In this document: piece by piece, positions 1 to 9,209 of the stretch
Numbering within the stretch: the stretch's first letter is position 1
Layout: each line of letters opens with the position of its first letter
Origin: Gemmatimonadales bacterium
GTDB taxonomy: Bacteria; Gemmatimonadota; Gemmatimonadetes; Gemmatimonadales; GWC2-71-9
Assembly: GCA_035553475.1 (NCBI GenBank)
Contig: DATNDQ010000035.1
Location: forward strand, 7,075 to 71,074
DNA: 64,000 bases
Reading direction: 5' to 3'
The notes under the pieces: model-generated
Told to the model about the DNA's origin: nothing
What the model saw: the letters and a program-made list of their open reading frames with translations, nothing else
Database searches by the model: none
Program-made: the position numbers and the translations under genes

Positions 1-626
1 CCCGGAAGGTCACGTTCGGAAGCCAAGCGGGCGAACCGGCGTTCTACCTCCTGAATCAATCGGGGTTCGACCGGACCATTCCGGCAAAGCCGCTGTCGCA
101 GCAGCTCGAAGTGCTGCGCGAGTACACCGACAAGAACGGCAATGCGGTCTCGAGCGTCGGTCTCGGAGACGAGATCCAGGTGCACCTCAAGTTCCGCGCG
201 CTGGGCAAGAACTCGGGTGCGTCGGTGGCCCTCGTTGACCTCCTGCCCGGCGGATTCGAAATCGTCGAGGATGGCGGGCGGGCCCAACAGCCCCCGGCGG
301 TGGTTTTCAGCCGGCCGCCAGACTCGACCTCGGCCGACGCGGAAGGTGAGGGGGGAGAGGATGGAGACGCCGGGTCCCCGGAACTCGCCTGGACCCCGCC
401 CTTCGGAGAAGTCGTGGGGAACTGGTCGCCAGAGTACGTGGAGGCGCGTGAGGACCGCGTCGTTGTGTACGGGTTCGCGGAGCAGAACATCCAGGAGTTC
501 GTCTACACGATCAAGGCGACGGCCGCGGGGTCATTCGCGGTGCCTCCCGCTTTCGGCGAGGGCATGTACGACCGGGGGGTGAAGGCCTGGTCGCAGGCAG
601 GCCGGATGGTGGTGAAGCCGCGGTGA
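1..626 (+). CDS. alpha-2-macroglobulin family protein (YfhM-like), C-terminal fragment; the 5' end lies upstream of the window
   Basis: The frame is open from the window edge (codon phase from nt 3) to TGA 624-626. The sequence ...LEVLREYTDKNG..GDEIQVHLKFRA..LVDLLPGGFEIVED..FVYTIKATAAGSFAVPPAFGEGMYDRG resembles the C-terminal domain of bacterial A2M. Its stop overlaps the GTG of the downstream PBP1C gene (GTGA), which is the conserved yfhM-pbpC pairing. Confidence 0.75.
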   Translation, partial: RKVTFGSQAGEPAFYLLNQSGFDRTIPAKPLSQQLEVLREYTDKNGNAVSSVGLGDEIQVHLKFRALGKNSGASVALVDLLPGGFEIVEDGGRAQQPPAVVFSRPPDSTSADAEGEGGEDGDAGSPELAWTPPFGEVVGNWSPEYVEAREDRVVVYGFAEQNIQEFVYTIKATAAGSFAVPPAFGEGMYDRGVKAWSQAGRMVVKPR

Positions 627-2956
627 GCCGGGTGCGCCGGGGAGTTCTAGCCATCATCGTGGCGCTCGTCCTGTTCTGGGCGTTCCCTCGGGTCGTCCCC
701 CACGCTTCACTCCGGGCGCGCGTGCCGACGTCGACGGCGGTGTACGATGCCGGAGGGCGCCTCTTGCGGTTGACCTTGGCGCCTGATGGTCAGTACCGCG
801 TGTGGGTGCCTCTCGAGCGGATCTCCCCGCTCCTGATCGACGCCACGCTGCTGCAAGAGGACCGGCACTTCCGCTGGCATCCGGGCGTCGACCCAACCGC
901 ACTGGTTCGTGCGGCGTGGCACTCGTACGTCAGCCGGGACCGGCGCGAAGGCGGATCCACGCTCACCATGCAGCTCGCCCGGATTCTCTATGGGATCCAA
1001 TCCTCCTCCCTGAGTGGCAAGATCGATCAGATCGCGCACGCATTCTGGCTCGAGCTGCGCTACACCAAGCGGGAGATTCTCGAGGCGTACCTCAACGTCG
1101 CTCCGTATGGGGGGAACATCCAAGGGGCGTCCGCGGCGAGCCTCATCTACTTCGAAAAAGATCCGGGGCGGCTCACATTGGCCGAGGCCCTGACACTGGC
1201 GGTTCTGCCTCAGAACCCGGTGCGCCGGGGACCCGGGGCAGGTCCCTTGGCGCAGACGACTCTGCGAATCGCGCGCGACGACCTCTACAGCCGGTGGCGC
1301 CAGCACCATGCGGCGGCGCCGGGAGAGGCCGAGGCGCTGCGGCTGCCTGCCCGAATCGCATCGCCCGCGGATCTGCCCTTTGGCGCGCCGCACTTCGTGA
1401 ACACCGTACTGGCTCAGGATGCCGGGAGCTCTGAGATCAAGACCACGTTGGACCGGCACCTGCAGAACCTCCTGGAGCGGCAGGTGCGTGGGTACGTCGC
1501 CGGTCAGGCGCGTCTGGGCGTGCACAATGCGGCGGCGATGATCGTCGATTCCCGCACGATGACCGTCAGAGCCCTAGTCGGTTCCGCTGATTTCTTCAAC
1601 GCTGGAATCGAAGGGCAGGTGAACGGGACCCAGGCCAAGCGGTCGCCGGGATCTACGCTGAAACCGTTCATCTATGGACTGGGGATCGACCAGGGCGTGA
1701 TCCATCCCATGACGGTGCTCAAGGACGCTCCCTCCGCGTTCGGCGCGTACAGTCCGGAGAACTTCGATGGACGCTTCGTGGGGCCGCTGACGGCGCAGGA
1801 CGCGTTGATTCGCAGCCGGAACATCCCCGCCGTATACGTCGCCTCCCAGCTGTCGAAGCCCGATCTCTACGATGTTCTGTCGATGGCCGGCGTGTCGGGT
1901 CTGCAGGCGAAGCAGCACTACGGACTGGCCCTCGTGCTTGGGGGCGGCGAGCTCACCATGGAAGAGTTGGTCTCCCTGTACGGCGCGTTGAGCAACGAGG
2001 GAGTGGTTCAGCCGGTGCGGTACCGGGTTGATCAACCGGAGGGCAGGGGAGTGCCGGTGCTCAGCCCTGAGGCCGCGTGGGTGACGCTCGACATGCTCAA
2101 GGCCAATCCACGGCCCGATGCGCCAGTGGCCGCCACTCCGGCACGGCTCCCCGTGTACTGGAAGACCGGGACCTCGTACGGATTCCGGGACGCGTGGACC
2201 GTGGGCATCTTCGGCCCATACGTCCTCGCCGTGTGGGTCGGGAACTTCGATGGCCAAGGGAACCCGGCGTTTGTCGGCGTCCAGATGGCGGCTCCCCTCT
2301 TTTTCCGGGTGGTCGATGCCGTCGAAGCGCTCGAGCCGTCACTCGGTGAGCCACCGCGCACTTTTCCTTCCCATCTGACGCGCGTCGATGTGTGCGCCGC
2401 GTCCGGGGACCTGCCGAACGCCGAATGTCCCCGGACCGTGCGGACGTGGTTCATCCCCGGCAAGTCTCCCATTCGAGTCAGCACACTGCACCAGGCCTTG
2501 CTGATCGACGACCGCACGGGCCTGCGGGATTGCCCGCCGTATACCGCGGGGACCGCGCATCGCGTCATCTACGAAATGTGGAGCTCCGACATGGCGCGGC
2601 TCTTTCAGGAAGCGGGACTGCCACGCCGGACTCCGCCGCCATTCGATCCGCGCTGCGAAACGCACGTTGCCGACAACTCCGCCGGGATCCCGCCACAAAT
2701 CACGTCGCCCCTTCGTGGCGTGACGTACTCGCTCCGGGCCCGCCGTCTCGGCGCCGAGACCATCACGCTCCGCGCGACGGCCAGCGGCGGGGTACACGCG
2801 GTGTACTGGTTCGTGGGCTCGAGCTTCATCGGGACCTCCGCGCCCGGAGCCACCGTGGGATGGCGCCCGGACGTCGCGGGGTCATTTGTCGTGCGGGCGG
2901 TCGATGACCAGGGCCAGGCGGATAGCCGGATGGTCGAGGTGGCGATCGTTCCCTGA
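623..2956 (+). CDS. pbpC: penicillin-binding protein 1C (bifunctional glycosyltransferase/transpeptidase)
   Basis: 777 aa with an N-terminal TM anchor. GT51 motifs are present (EDRHFRWHPGVDP, GGSTLTMQLAR). Transpeptidase motifs are present: SxxK (GSTLKPFIY), SxN (SRNIPAV) and KTG (KTGTSYGFRDAW). There is an extra C-terminal beta domain typical of PBP1C. The gene is translationally coupled to the A2M gene. Confidence 0.9.
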   Translation: MSRVRRGVLAIIVALVLFWAFPRVVPHASLRARVPTSTAVYDAGGRLLRLTLAPDGQYRVWVPLERISPLLIDATLLQEDRHFRWHPGVDPTALVRAAWHSYVSRDRREGGSTLTMQLARILYGIQSSSLSGKIDQIAHAFWLELRYTKREILEAYLNVAPYGGNIQGASAASLIYFEKDPGRLTLAEALTLAVLPQNPVRRGPGAGPLAQTTLRIARDDLYSRWRQHHAAAPGEAEALRLPARIASPADLPFGAPHFVNTVLAQDAGSSEIKTTLDRHLQNLLERQVRGYVAGQARLGVHNAAAMIVDSRTMTVRALVGSADFFNAGIEGQVNGTQAKRSPGSTLKPFIYGLGIDQGVIHPMTVLKDAPSAFGAYSPENFDGRFVGPLTAQDALIRSRNIPAVYVASQLSKPDLYDVLSMAGVSGLQAKQHYGLALVLGGGELTMEELVSLYGALSNEGVVQPVRYRVDQPEGRGVPVLSPEAAWVTLDMLKANPRPDAPVAATPARLPVYWKTGTSYGFRDAWTVGIFGPYVLAVWVGNFDGQGNPAFVGVQMAAPLFFRVVDAVEALEPSLGEPPRTFPSHLTRVDVCAASGDLPNAECPRTVRTWFIPGKSPIRVSTLHQALLIDDRTGLRDCPPYTAGTAHRVIYEMWSSDMARLFQEAGLPRRTPPPFDPRCETHVADNSAGIPPQITSPLRGVTYSLRARRLGAETITLRATASGGVHAVYWFVGSSFIGTSAPGATVGWRPDVAGSFVVRAVDDQGQADSRMVEVAIVP

Positions 2957-3107
2957 CCCTCCAAATGGGCGCGCGTCCACTGCGAGCCGTCGCGGCTTCC
3001 GGGCGGTCCGCCGAAGCCCGGATTGAGGTTCGCCAGGCGGGCCTCTAGGCTACGGTTCAATGACAATTCCGTGTCCGAAACCGGCCAGCCTGAGGCGGAC
3101 CGCTGGG

Positions 3108-3113
3108 TACCAT
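3108..3113 (+). promoter_or_regulatory. -10-like hexamer TACCAT 6 nt upstream of the ATG (possible leaderless transcript of ada-alkA)
   Basis: TACCAT-tgaccc-ATG; no Shine-Dalgarno sequence lies between the box and the start codon. Confidence 0.3.
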
Positions 3114-3119
3114 TGACCC

Positions 3120-4556
3120 ATGACTCCGATCTCCAGCTCCCCCTCACTGGATCCCCTCGTCTGCGCCCGGGCCGTTGGCGCCCGGGACCCGCGGTTCGAC
3201 GGGCTCTTCTTCGTGGGCATCATCACGACCGGCATCTACTGCCGGCCCGTATGTCCCTCCCGCGCCGCCAGCCAGAAAAACCGGCGGTTCTTCGCCTCGG
3301 CCGCGTCCGCTGAGCTCGCGGGGTACCGGCCCTGTCTCCGCTGCCGGCCCGAGCTGGCACCGGGGCTGGCGGTGATCGACTCCGTGCCGCGGCTCGCGCA
3401 GGTCGCGGTGCGCCGCATCGCCGCGGGCGCCCTGAACGGCCACGGCGTGCCTGAGCTTGCCCGGGACCTGGGCGTCAGTGCGCGCCACCTCCGTCGCGCC
3501 CTGGAGCGCGAAGTGGGCGCCTCGCCCGTCGAGCTTGCGCAGACGCACCGCCTCCTCCTCGCCAAGCAGCTTCTGGCCGACACGGCGCTGCCGGTGACGC
3601 GCGTGGCGTACGCGGCGGGCTTCCAGAGTCTGCGCCGGTTCAACACGGTGTTCCGCGAGCGGTACCGGATGTCTCCGACGACCATACGCCGGCGGATTCG
3701 CACGACGCAGGACGCTCCGGAGCCGGTGGACAACGACGGTTTTGGAGCGTCAGCCGTGCGCCTGGTCCTGGCTTATCGCGCGCCGCTGGCCTGGGATGTT
3801 CTGCTCGATCAGTTGCGCCAGGATGCGTTGCCCGGGGTGGAGTCGGTTGCCGGCACGCGGTACACGCGGGCCGTGCGCGTGGGCAAGCACACGGGTCTGG
3901 TGTCGGTGGAGCCGCTCCCCGGCCACCCGCAGGTGCGAGTCACACTATCGGCCACGCTGCTCCCGGTGCTGATGGAGATCCTCGCCCGTTTGCGGCAGGT
4001 GTTCGACCTGGATGCGGAGCCCGATGTCGTGGATGATTGGCTCGCCCGAACGGACCTGGCACCGCTCGTGGCACGGCATCGCGGCCTCCGCATCCCCGGT
4101 GCACTGGACGGATTCGACGCCGCGCTGCGGCTGGTGCTCGAGGGCAGTGGGGTCGGGGGGAGAGTGGCGCAGGACCTGGGTGAGCCGATCGCCAGCGGTG
4201 ACGAATCGCTCAACCGGTTGGCGCCCTCCGCCGACCGCGTCGCCGACGCCGGTGCTCCTCGACTTGTGGCCCTCGGCCTTTCGCCCAGGCGGGCGGAAAC
4301 GCTGGCGGCCCTGGCCCGCGCGGTGGCGGACGGCACTCTGCGTCTCGAGCCGGGACGCGAGGTGGCACCGATCCGTGACGCGCTCCTGGCCATCCCCGGA
4401 GTGCAGGAGCCCCTGGCCGCCGGGATCCTGCTCCGCGCCCTGCATTGGCCCGACGCGTTTCCGATGGCCGGATCGCGCGAGCTTCTGGCACGCGCGGAAC
4501 AATGGCGGCCTTGGCGGGGGTACGCGGCGTTGCACCTCCGACTGGCAGCATCGTGA
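3120..4556 (+). CDS. alkA: Ada-type Zn methylphosphotriester domain + AraC HTH + AlkA DNA-3-methyladenine glycosylase II fusion
   Basis: 478 aa. It has an Ada Cys4 site (GIYCRPVCPSR ... YRPCLRCRPE) and AraC HTH repeats (LARDLGVSARHLRRALERE; VTRVAYAAGFQSLRRFNTVFRERYRMSP). The C-terminal region resembles the AlkA N-domain plus an HhH-GPD fold. Confidence 0.85.
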   Translation: MTPISSSPSLDPLVCARAVGARDPRFDGLFFVGIITTGIYCRPVCPSRAASQKNRRFFASAASAELAGYRPCLRCRPELAPGLAVIDSVPRLAQVAVRRIAAGALNGHGVPELARDLGVSARHLRRALEREVGASPVELAQTHRLLLAKQLLADTALPVTRVAYAAGFQSLRRFNTVFRERYRMSPTTIRRRIRTTQDAPEPVDNDGFGASAVRLVLAYRAPLAWDVLLDQLRQDALPGVESVAGTRYTRAVRVGKHTGLVSVEPLPGHPQVRVTLSATLLPVLMEILARLRQVFDLDAEPDVVDDWLARTDLAPLVARHRGLRIPGALDGFDAALRLVLEGSGVGGRVAQDLGEPIASGDESLNRLAPSADRVADAGAPRLVALGLSPRRAETLAALARAVADGTLRLEPGREVAPIRDALLAIPGVQEPLAAGILLRALHWPDAFPMAGSRELLARAEQWRPWRGYAALHLRLAAS

Positions 4557-4578
4557 ACGCCCTCTCAAGGAGAGACCC

Positions 4579-4953
4579 ATGAGTCTTGTTCGTCAGAGCA
4601 GTGTCCCCGCTCCCGCAACTCCCACCCCCTCCTTCGTGAAGCGCTTCGACACTCCCGAACGTTCGGTTGGATTCGGGGATGGACGGCTGGACATCATCAG
4701 CATCGGTCGCCGGCAGGTGGGCAAGGGATCGTTCGCGCCAGGATGGAAGTGGACTCCGGCACCGGGCGTGAAGTCGGGCGGGTTCACCGGTGTCGTTCTC
4801 TCCGGCCGGGCCAAGGTGCAGACGAAGGGCGGCGAGACCGCCGATCTCACGCCTGGCGACTTCTTCATGGTGACGCCGGAAGACGAGTGCTGGGTGGTGG
4901 GAGTGCGTCCCTGCGAGATTCTCTACCTCGACGGCATCGATGCGCTGAGCTAG
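4579..4953 (+). CDS. cupin domain protein (124 aa)
   Basis: ATG 4579 follows an AAGGAGAG Shine-Dalgarno sequence. A single cupin barrel signature is present (GVVLSGRAKVQTKGGETADLTPGDFFMVTPEDECWVV). The longer 4012 start in the ORF track overlaps alkA in another frame and was trimmed. Confidence 0.6.
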   Translation: MSLVRQSSVPAPATPTPSFVKRFDTPERSVGFGDGRLDIISIGRRQVGKGSFAPGWKWTPAPGVKSGGFTGVVLSGRAKVQTKGGETADLTPGDFFMVTPEDECWVVGVRPCEILYLDGIDALS

Positions 4954-4960
4954 GGATCAG

Positions 4961-4991
4961 GGTCAGGGGCCAGGGCTTCGAACCCCTGACC
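4961..4991. terminator. bidirectional hairpin between convergent cupin and MFS genes
   Basis: ggtcagggg (4961-4969) pairs perfectly with cccctgacc (4983-4991). The flanking cccctgac repeat allows a longer alternative stem. Confidence 0.5.
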
Positions 4992-5004
4992 CCTGACCCC
5001 TATC

Positions 5005-6258
5005 TCAGTTCGTCAAACTGACCGGAGGGGCGTGATCCGCGATCCGGTCGAGCCGCCGCAGCTGGGGGATGACGACGGCGATCGAGCTGACCACCAGGAT
5101 AGGCACGAATCCCCCCAGCACGACTGCGGGCACGGCGCCCAGGAGCCGGGCCGCCACGCCTGACTCGAATCCCCCGATTTCATTCGACGACCCGATGAAT
5201 ATCGCGTTCACCGCCGCCACCCGGCCGAGCAGGTGCCGGGGCGTGAGCGTCTGCAGCAAGGTGGATCGGAGCACCACGCTGATGTTGTCGAATACGCCCG
5301 AGAGCAGGAGCAGGGCTACGGAGAGGGCGAAATTCCGGGACACACCGAACGCCGAGATGCAGAGGCCGTAGAGCGTGACGGAGACGAGCATCACCCGCCC
5401 CATCCGGCGCACGAGAGGCTTGTACGCCTGATAGACGGACATCAGCACCGATCCCGCGGCGGGGGCGGCGCGGAGAATCCCCAGGCCAGTCGCCCCCACG
5501 TGGAGAATGTCGGTCGCGAAGATCGGCAGCAGGGCCTCGGCGCCGGCGAACAGCACGGAGAACAAATCGAGGAGTTGGGCGCCCAGGAGCACCGGCTGGG
5601 TGAGCAGGAAACGCACGCCCATCAGGAACTCCCGGACGTTCGCCGCGGGCACGTTTCCGTGCGGATGGGGGTGTGGACCGACGCGGAAGAGCGCGATCCA
5701 GGCCGTGATCAAGAGCACCGCCGCGGCGCCGTAGGCGAACGAGGGACCGCCGATCGCCACCGCGATGCCGCCGAGGGCGGGGCCGATGACGGCGGCGGAT
5801 TGCCAGACTGACGACCGCCAGGTGATGGAGTTCGCGTACAGCTCGCGAGGGACGAGGTCCGCCGACAGGGCGGTGCGCGTGGGCTGCAGGTAACTGCGGG
5901 CGATCCCGGACACGAAGATCACCGAGTAGATGATCCAGGCCGTGCCGGGGCGCACCAATCCCAGCCATGTCACCAGGAAAAGGGTCGTACTGCAGGCGAC
6001 CAGGACGGCCAGCCCGGCCAGAGAGAGCCGGCGACGGTCCACCCGGTCCGCGAGGTGGCCGGCCGGCAGGGCGAACGCGATGAAGGGCAGGGCCTCCGCC
6101 AGACCGACGATACCGAGTGCGAGCGGGTCGCGGGTGACGATGTAGATCTGCCAGCCCACGGCCACGGTCTGCATCATCGTGGCCAGGGTCTGCGTGGCCA
6201 GGAAACCGATGAAGCGCCGGAAGTCGGGGATGCGCAGGGACGCGTACGGATCCGTCAT
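5005..6258 (-). CDS. MFS transporter (417 aa from ATG 6258)
   Basis: The protein is hydrophobic throughout with about 12 TM segments. It has an MFS motif-A-like loop (GHLADRVDRRRL) and the N-terminus MTDPYASLRIPDFRRFIGF. The GTG at 6282 was rejected because it lies inside the upstream terminator hairpin. Confidence 0.85.
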   Translation of the reverse strand: MTDPYASLRIPDFRRFIGFLATQTLATMMQTVAVGWQIYIVTRDPLALGIVGLAEALPFIAFALPAGHLADRVDRRRLSLAGLAVLVACSTTLFLVTWLGLVRPGTAWIIYSVIFVSGIARSYLQPTRTALSADLVPRELYANSITWRSSVWQSAAVIGPALGGIAVAIGGPSFAYGAAAVLLITAWIALFRVGPHPHPHGNVPAANVREFLMGVRFLLTQPVLLGAQLLDLFSVLFAGAEALLPIFATDILHVGATGLGILRAAPAAGSVLMSVYQAYKPLVRRMGRVMLVSVTLYGLCISAFGVSRNFALSVALLLLSGVFDNISVVLRSTLLQTLTPRHLLGRVAAVNAIFIGSSNEIGGFESGVAARLLGAVPAVVLGGFVPILVVSSIAVVIPQLRRLDRIADHAPPVSLTN

Positions 6259-6272
6259 GGCCGCGAACGTTA

Positions 6273-6304
6273 AGGGCCCCACCGCCTTTCGGCGATGGGG
6301 CCCT
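6273..6304 (-). terminator. intrinsic-terminator-like hairpin after propeller gene 1
   Basis: 14-bp stem with a 4-nt loop. The single plus-strand mismatch becomes a G-U wobble in the minus-strand RNA, which favours function on the minus strand. It lies 23 nt downstream of the 6327 stop. Confidence 0.6.
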
Positions 6305-6326
6305 CAACCTTCATGACGCTCGACGC

Positions 6327-8315
6327 TTACTTGCCGGCGAGGTCCTTCACCGACTGAATGAGCGTCTGCACCTTGGCGGCATCGCTCGAGCCGGCCGCGT
6401 CACCCTGCAGCTGGGTGGCGATCAGGTTCAGCATCCCCTGCCGGCTGGCGCCCGACGAGCCCTCGGCCTTCTTGAGGCCTTCGCGCACCGCCGCAATCCG
6501 GGCGGCGGGGAGTCCGCCCGAACGCTCGAGCTGATCCACGTACGCGCCGGAGAGCGCGAACGACGCGGGCCAGACGAACTTCCGCTGTCCCTGCGTATTC
6601 CACTGGTCGAAGTGGACGCTCTTCGCGGCGTCGATCTCGTTCTGCGAGATGAAGCCGGAGGGCTGGAGCGCGAAGATGTCCAGGCCGCGCGAGATCTCGG
6701 AGCTGACGATCACGCCGTTGTACCAGTAGGCCGACCAGGTGCCGCCGCCCGCCAGCCGGGTCGAGTCGACCGGGCCGTAGTCGAAGAAGGCGATCTCCTG
6801 CGGGTGAGACGCATTGGTCCAGTCGAAGACCGACACGCCGCCCTGATACCAGGACTGCACCATGACGTCCCGGCCCGGGATCGGAATCAGCGAGCCGTTG
6901 TGGGCCACGCAATTCTCGTTCTCGGTCTGGATGGCGGGCATCTTGTAATAGCTCTGGAACGTGAGCTGGTTGTTGCTGATCGTGAAGATCGCGTCGGCGC
7001 CCCACTCCTTCGGATCCTTGGCGCGGCACTTCGGACCGCCACCGCCGCCCCACTCATCCGAGAAGAGCACCTTGGTCCCGTCGTTGTTGAACGTGGCCGA
7101 GTGCCAGTAGGAGAAGTTCGAGTCGTCCACGGCCGCGACGCGGTACGGATGCGCGGGGTCCTGGATGTTGAGGAGCAAACCGTAGCCCTCGCAGGCGCCA
7201 CCCGCGTATCCCACCTGGGCGTACACGGTGATGTCATGGCACTGGGTCGGTCCCGGCGGGGGGCCTGAGCCTTCCTTCTGCTGCCGGCGCCCGACCATCT
7301 TGTCGACCATCCCCTGGATGGCTCCCCGCAGGGCGGTGCTGTCCGCCGTGGACGCAGTGGTGCCGCCGTGCGTCTTGGCGATGCTGTCCAGCATCGGCTT
7401 GATCATGCGGTCGGGCAGCACGAACGGGTTTCCGAAGACCGTGACGACGTACTTGCCCTGCGCCTTGGCCTTGTCCAGCGCGTCCTTGTCGGCGGCGGAC
7501 ATGCCGTGCGTCGGGGGCGCGGTCAGGTCGTGGAAGATCCGGGGGGAGCTGACGATCGCGGCCTGCTCCGGATGGGCGAGCGGGACCTTGATCACTTCGA
7601 TCCGGAAGAGTGAGGTGGTCGAGTCTTCGCTCGGCTGGGCGTTGCTGCATCCCGCCAGCTCGTGGGGCGAGCGGGCCGGGGCGGAGCCGGAGATGTAGAC
7701 GTAGACGTTGTCCGGATCCTTCGGATCGGCGAGCACGGTGTGGGTGTGCGAGCCGCGGCAGGTCTGGACGTTGGCGATGTACTTGGGCGTCGTGATGTCG
7801 GAGATGTCGAAGATGCGGAGTCCCCGCAGGCGCTCCTGGCTCACGGTGTCCTTGATGCCTCCGGAGCCGCAGTCGAGCCGGCCGCCGTTCCCCTCACCCG
7901 AGACGAACAGCAGGTTCTTGTAGACGGAGACGTCACTCTGGGATGCGGGGCACGCTTCCTTGGTGTGGAGCGTCGGCGCCGCCGGATTCGAGATATCCCA
8001 GACCTGGTATCCGTTGTAGCTGCCCTGGATCACGTAGTTCCCCGTGAAGGCCAGGTCGGAGTTGGTGCTGTTCAGGAACACCGAGTCGGGGGAGTGCGTG
8101 TGCGATACCACCCGGAGATTCCAGGCCGCTTCGCCCGCGTTCCAGAGGCCGGCCTTCAGCCCCTCACGCGGGTCCGGGTTCGGGTGCACCCGGCTCATGT
8201 CGGTTGCCGGCACCGGGACGCCGTACGGCACCGGATGCGAGCAGGCCGCCACCAGGCCCAGGACGACGGCCGCGGCGGTCAGACGGGGTGAAATACGGTG
8301 AGGCGTGACGCGCAT
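6327..8315 (-). CDS. secreted LVIVD-repeat beta-propeller lipoprotein, function unknown (paralog 1, 662 aa)
   Basis: A lipobox is present (VLGLVAAC). LVIVD-like blade motifs are present (GYQVWDISNPAAP, GLRIFDISDITTP, GLLLNIQDPAHP, GVSVFDWTNASHP, GLDIFAL). It shares invariant Cys/His motifs with the 9791-11779 paralog. Start set at ATG 8315 (MRVTPHRISPRL...). Confidence 0.75.
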   Translation of the reverse strand: MRVTPHRISPRLTAAAVVLGLVAACSHPVPYGVPVPATDMSRVHPNPDPREGLKAGLWNAGEAAWNLRVVSHTHSPDSVFLNSTNSDLAFTGNYVIQGSYNGYQVWDISNPAAPTLHTKEACPASQSDVSVYKNLLFVSGEGNGGRLDCGSGGIKDTVSQERLRGLRIFDISDITTPKYIANVQTCRGSHTHTVLADPKDPDNVYVYISGSAPARSPHELAGCSNAQPSEDSTTSLFRIEVIKVPLAHPEQAAIVSSPRIFHDLTAPPTHGMSAADKDALDKAKAQGKYVVTVFGNPFVLPDRMIKPMLDSIAKTHGGTTASTADSTALRGAIQGMVDKMVGRRQQKEGSGPPPGPTQCHDITVYAQVGYAGGACEGYGLLLNIQDPAHPYRVAAVDDSNFSYWHSATFNNDGTKVLFSDEWGGGGGPKCRAKDPKEWGADAIFTISNNQLTFQSYYKMPAIQTENENCVAHNGSLIPIPGRDVMVQSWYQGGVSVFDWTNASHPQEIAFFDYGPVDSTRLAGGGTWSAYWYNGVIVSSEISRGLDIFALQPSGFISQNEIDAAKSVHFDQWNTQGQRKFVWPASFALSGAYVDQLERSGGLPAARIAAVREGLKKAEGSSGASRQGMLNLIATQLQGDAAGSSDAAKVQTLIQSVKDLAGK

Positions 8316-8374
8316 GGTGTTGATCCTTGGGAACGGTGTGGATCCAATTGACGGCAACAAACCTCGGCTCACTG

Positions 8375-9040
8375 CTAGTTTCCGCTCAAGATGTCGTCGA
8401 CCACCAGCATCTTCTCCATCCGGGCGATCTCCGTGGTCTGGTCCACGTTGATCCCGGACGCCAGCTTGAAGACGATATCGTCCTGTGCAGCTCCTTCGGA
8501 CGCGAACAGATCCTTCACCATCTGCACCGCGCCCTTGTGATGCTGGATCATGTCCTGCAGGAACAGACGGTCGAAGTCCGCGCCCTTCGCGGCGTGGAGC
8601 GTGGCCATCTGCTCGGGGGTGAGCATTCCGGGCATGAGCATGTTCTGCATCGTGCCGTTCATCATCATCGGCATGCCGGCGGCTCGGGGCTCGGGGATCG
8701 GTTGATTCCGATCGCGCAACCAGCCCTGGATGATCCGGATCTCATCTCGTTGCGCATTGATGATGCGCCCGCAGAGGACCTTGACTTCGGGTCCCGCCTG
8801 ATTCGAATCCGCCCAGTTGGCCATGACGATGGCCTGCGCGTGGTGGTAGATCATCCCGGACAGGAAGTCGATGTCCGCCTTCACGTACGGTTTCCGGGCG
8901 CTGTCGGCGCGGGCGCGGACGATAGCCGCGGCCTCACCCTGAGGGGGGTCTACGTAGGTCGGGGAATGATTGGCAGCGCAGGCCGCCACCGCGGCCAAGG
9001 CGAAGGCACCGGCCAGGCGGCCACAAAAGGACGTGTTCAT
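8375..9040 (-). CDS. DUF305 family lipoprotein (221 aa)
   Basis: ATG 9040 is preceded by GAGGAG. It has a lipobox (LAAVAAC), two DUF305 HH motifs (MIYHHAQAIVM, MIQHHKGAVQM) and a Met-rich loop (GMPMMMNGTMQNMLMPGM). The 343-aa ORF-track version was trimmed. Confidence 0.85.
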   Translation of the reverse strand: MNTSFCGRLAGAFALAAVAACAANHSPTYVDPPQGEAAAIVRARADSARKPYVKADIDFLSGMIYHHAQAIVMANWADSNQAGPEVKVLCGRIINAQRDEIRIIQGWLRDRNQPIPEPRAAGMPMMMNGTMQNMLMPGMLTPEQMATLHAAKGADFDRLFLQDMIQHHKGAVQMVKDLFASEGAAQDDIVFKLASGINVDQTTEIARMEKMLVVDDILSGN

Positions 9041-9190
9041 CTCTGTACTGCTCCTCGCAACATGGAACCCGGTCGGGCCGGGGGCGGCTCCCGGTCCGGT
9101 GAAGGTGGACAAGATGCGTCCTGGGACGCTGGGGCGGAAGGTCACCCCGGCGGGATGGATGGGGACGGTTCCGTTTCCAGTGCGACGCTG

Positions 9191-9196
9191 TAGAAT
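9191..9196 (+). promoter_or_regulatory. extended -10-like box TGTAGAAT upstream of the second DUF305 gene
   Basis: gcTGtAGAAT lies 13 nt upstream of ATG 9210, inside the 169-bp divergent intergenic region. This implies a very short leader. Confidence 0.4.
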
Positions 9197-9209
9197 CCTA
9201 CCGGCTACC

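Noticed and set aside
4954-5004. The repeated cccctgac/ggtcagggg units looked like a possible short repeat array.
   Set aside because: There are only two or three units. They form the arms of a hairpin between convergent genes, consistent with a terminator and not a CRISPR or tandem-repeat locus.
6280-6282. GTG 6282 as the start of the MFS transporter (longest ORF).
   Set aside because: It lies inside the 14-bp-stem terminator hairpin (6273-6304) of the upstream gene. ATG 6258 gives a typical MFS N-terminus (MTDPYASLRIPDFRRF).
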